Source of the DNA: Seison nebaliae
Taxonomy: Eukaryota
Direction of reading: 5' to 3'
Assembly (NCBI GenBank): GCA_023231475.1
Contig: JALJEE010003089.1
Location: forward strand, 56,870 to 76,869
DNA: 20,000 bases
Part shown: in pieces, positions 19,539 through 20,000 of the stretch
How the letters are laid out: every line of letters starts with the position of its first letter
How positions within the stretch are numbered: the stretch's first letter is position 1
Program-made: the position numbers and the translations under genes
Notes under the pieces: generated by a model
Told to the model about the DNA's origin: nothing
Seen by the model: the letters and a program-made list of their open reading frames with translations, nothing else
Databases searched by the model: none

Positions 19539-20000
19539 GAGGAACATTTTAACCCCGGAAAGATTTAAGAATATAACACATCTATGTCGATTATTCATTG
19601 TCATTTTATTTTGGTAATAAAAAATTCTGAAGATATTTTAAAACTTCTTTTCCATTTTTGTTATGTCGATCGGTTTTTAGTTACACCATTTGACTGGGAA
19701 TTTTCAGCCAGTTAACATATGGGGCGAGTGAAAAGTGGTAATTTTTTTTTTAATAAATCAAATCTCCACGGTGCAATTATTGTAAACTGCTTCTTGAAAG
19801 GCAGAAATTGAAAGATGGCAGAAAAAAATGTAGGACAAAAAAAAACAAAAACATAACTAACAAGGGAATGGTACGCGTTCGCATCCGCCATTTGACTCCA
19901 AAAAAATCATGGAGATAGGAAAAATAAACCTAAAGAGATGTGTAAATTTTTTTATCCTTAGTCGAAGTATTACACCAGAATTTTGGCCTTTTTCTATTCC

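Noticed and set aside
1..20000. CRISPR arrays, tRNA, rRNA, prokaryotic operons, alternative genetic code
   Set aside because: No repeat-spacer arrays, cloverleafs or rRNA motifs were seen. The genes are eukaryotic with spliceosomal introns, and TAA, TAG and TGA all terminate conserved proteins normally.

Overview
AT-rich, compact eukaryotic DNA, most likely from an invertebrate animal (inferred from the ACTMAP, CDPF1, FAM134-like and FIT-like genes and the very short introns). Recognisable genes: an ABHD1/2/3-type hydrolase (-), actin maturation protease ACTMAP (+), a FIT/FITM protein (-), a four-exon RETREG/FAM134-like ER-phagy receptor (+), an unknown 129-aa ORF (+), a three-exon CDPF1 (+), an amidase-signature enzyme (-), and a two-exon secreted pacifastin/VWC-like plus Kazal protein (+). 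The spliced models were reconstructed by hand and are not in the ORF track. Two things stand out. First, the RETREG, 129-aa ORF and CDPF1 genes are packed 75 and 29 nt apart, and a splice-acceptor AG abuts each downstream ATG, which suggests an operon (trans-splicing or coupled reinitiation). Second, four 200-340 nt intergenic elements (about 1.2, 2.5, 3.3 and 12.1 kb) form long stems whose non-Watson-Crick pairs are mostly G.U on the + strand. Two of them share an upstream motif set and two share an identical apical loop, so they are a candidate unannotated structured-RNA family. All family assignments come from motif recognition by eye; no searches or folding programs were run.
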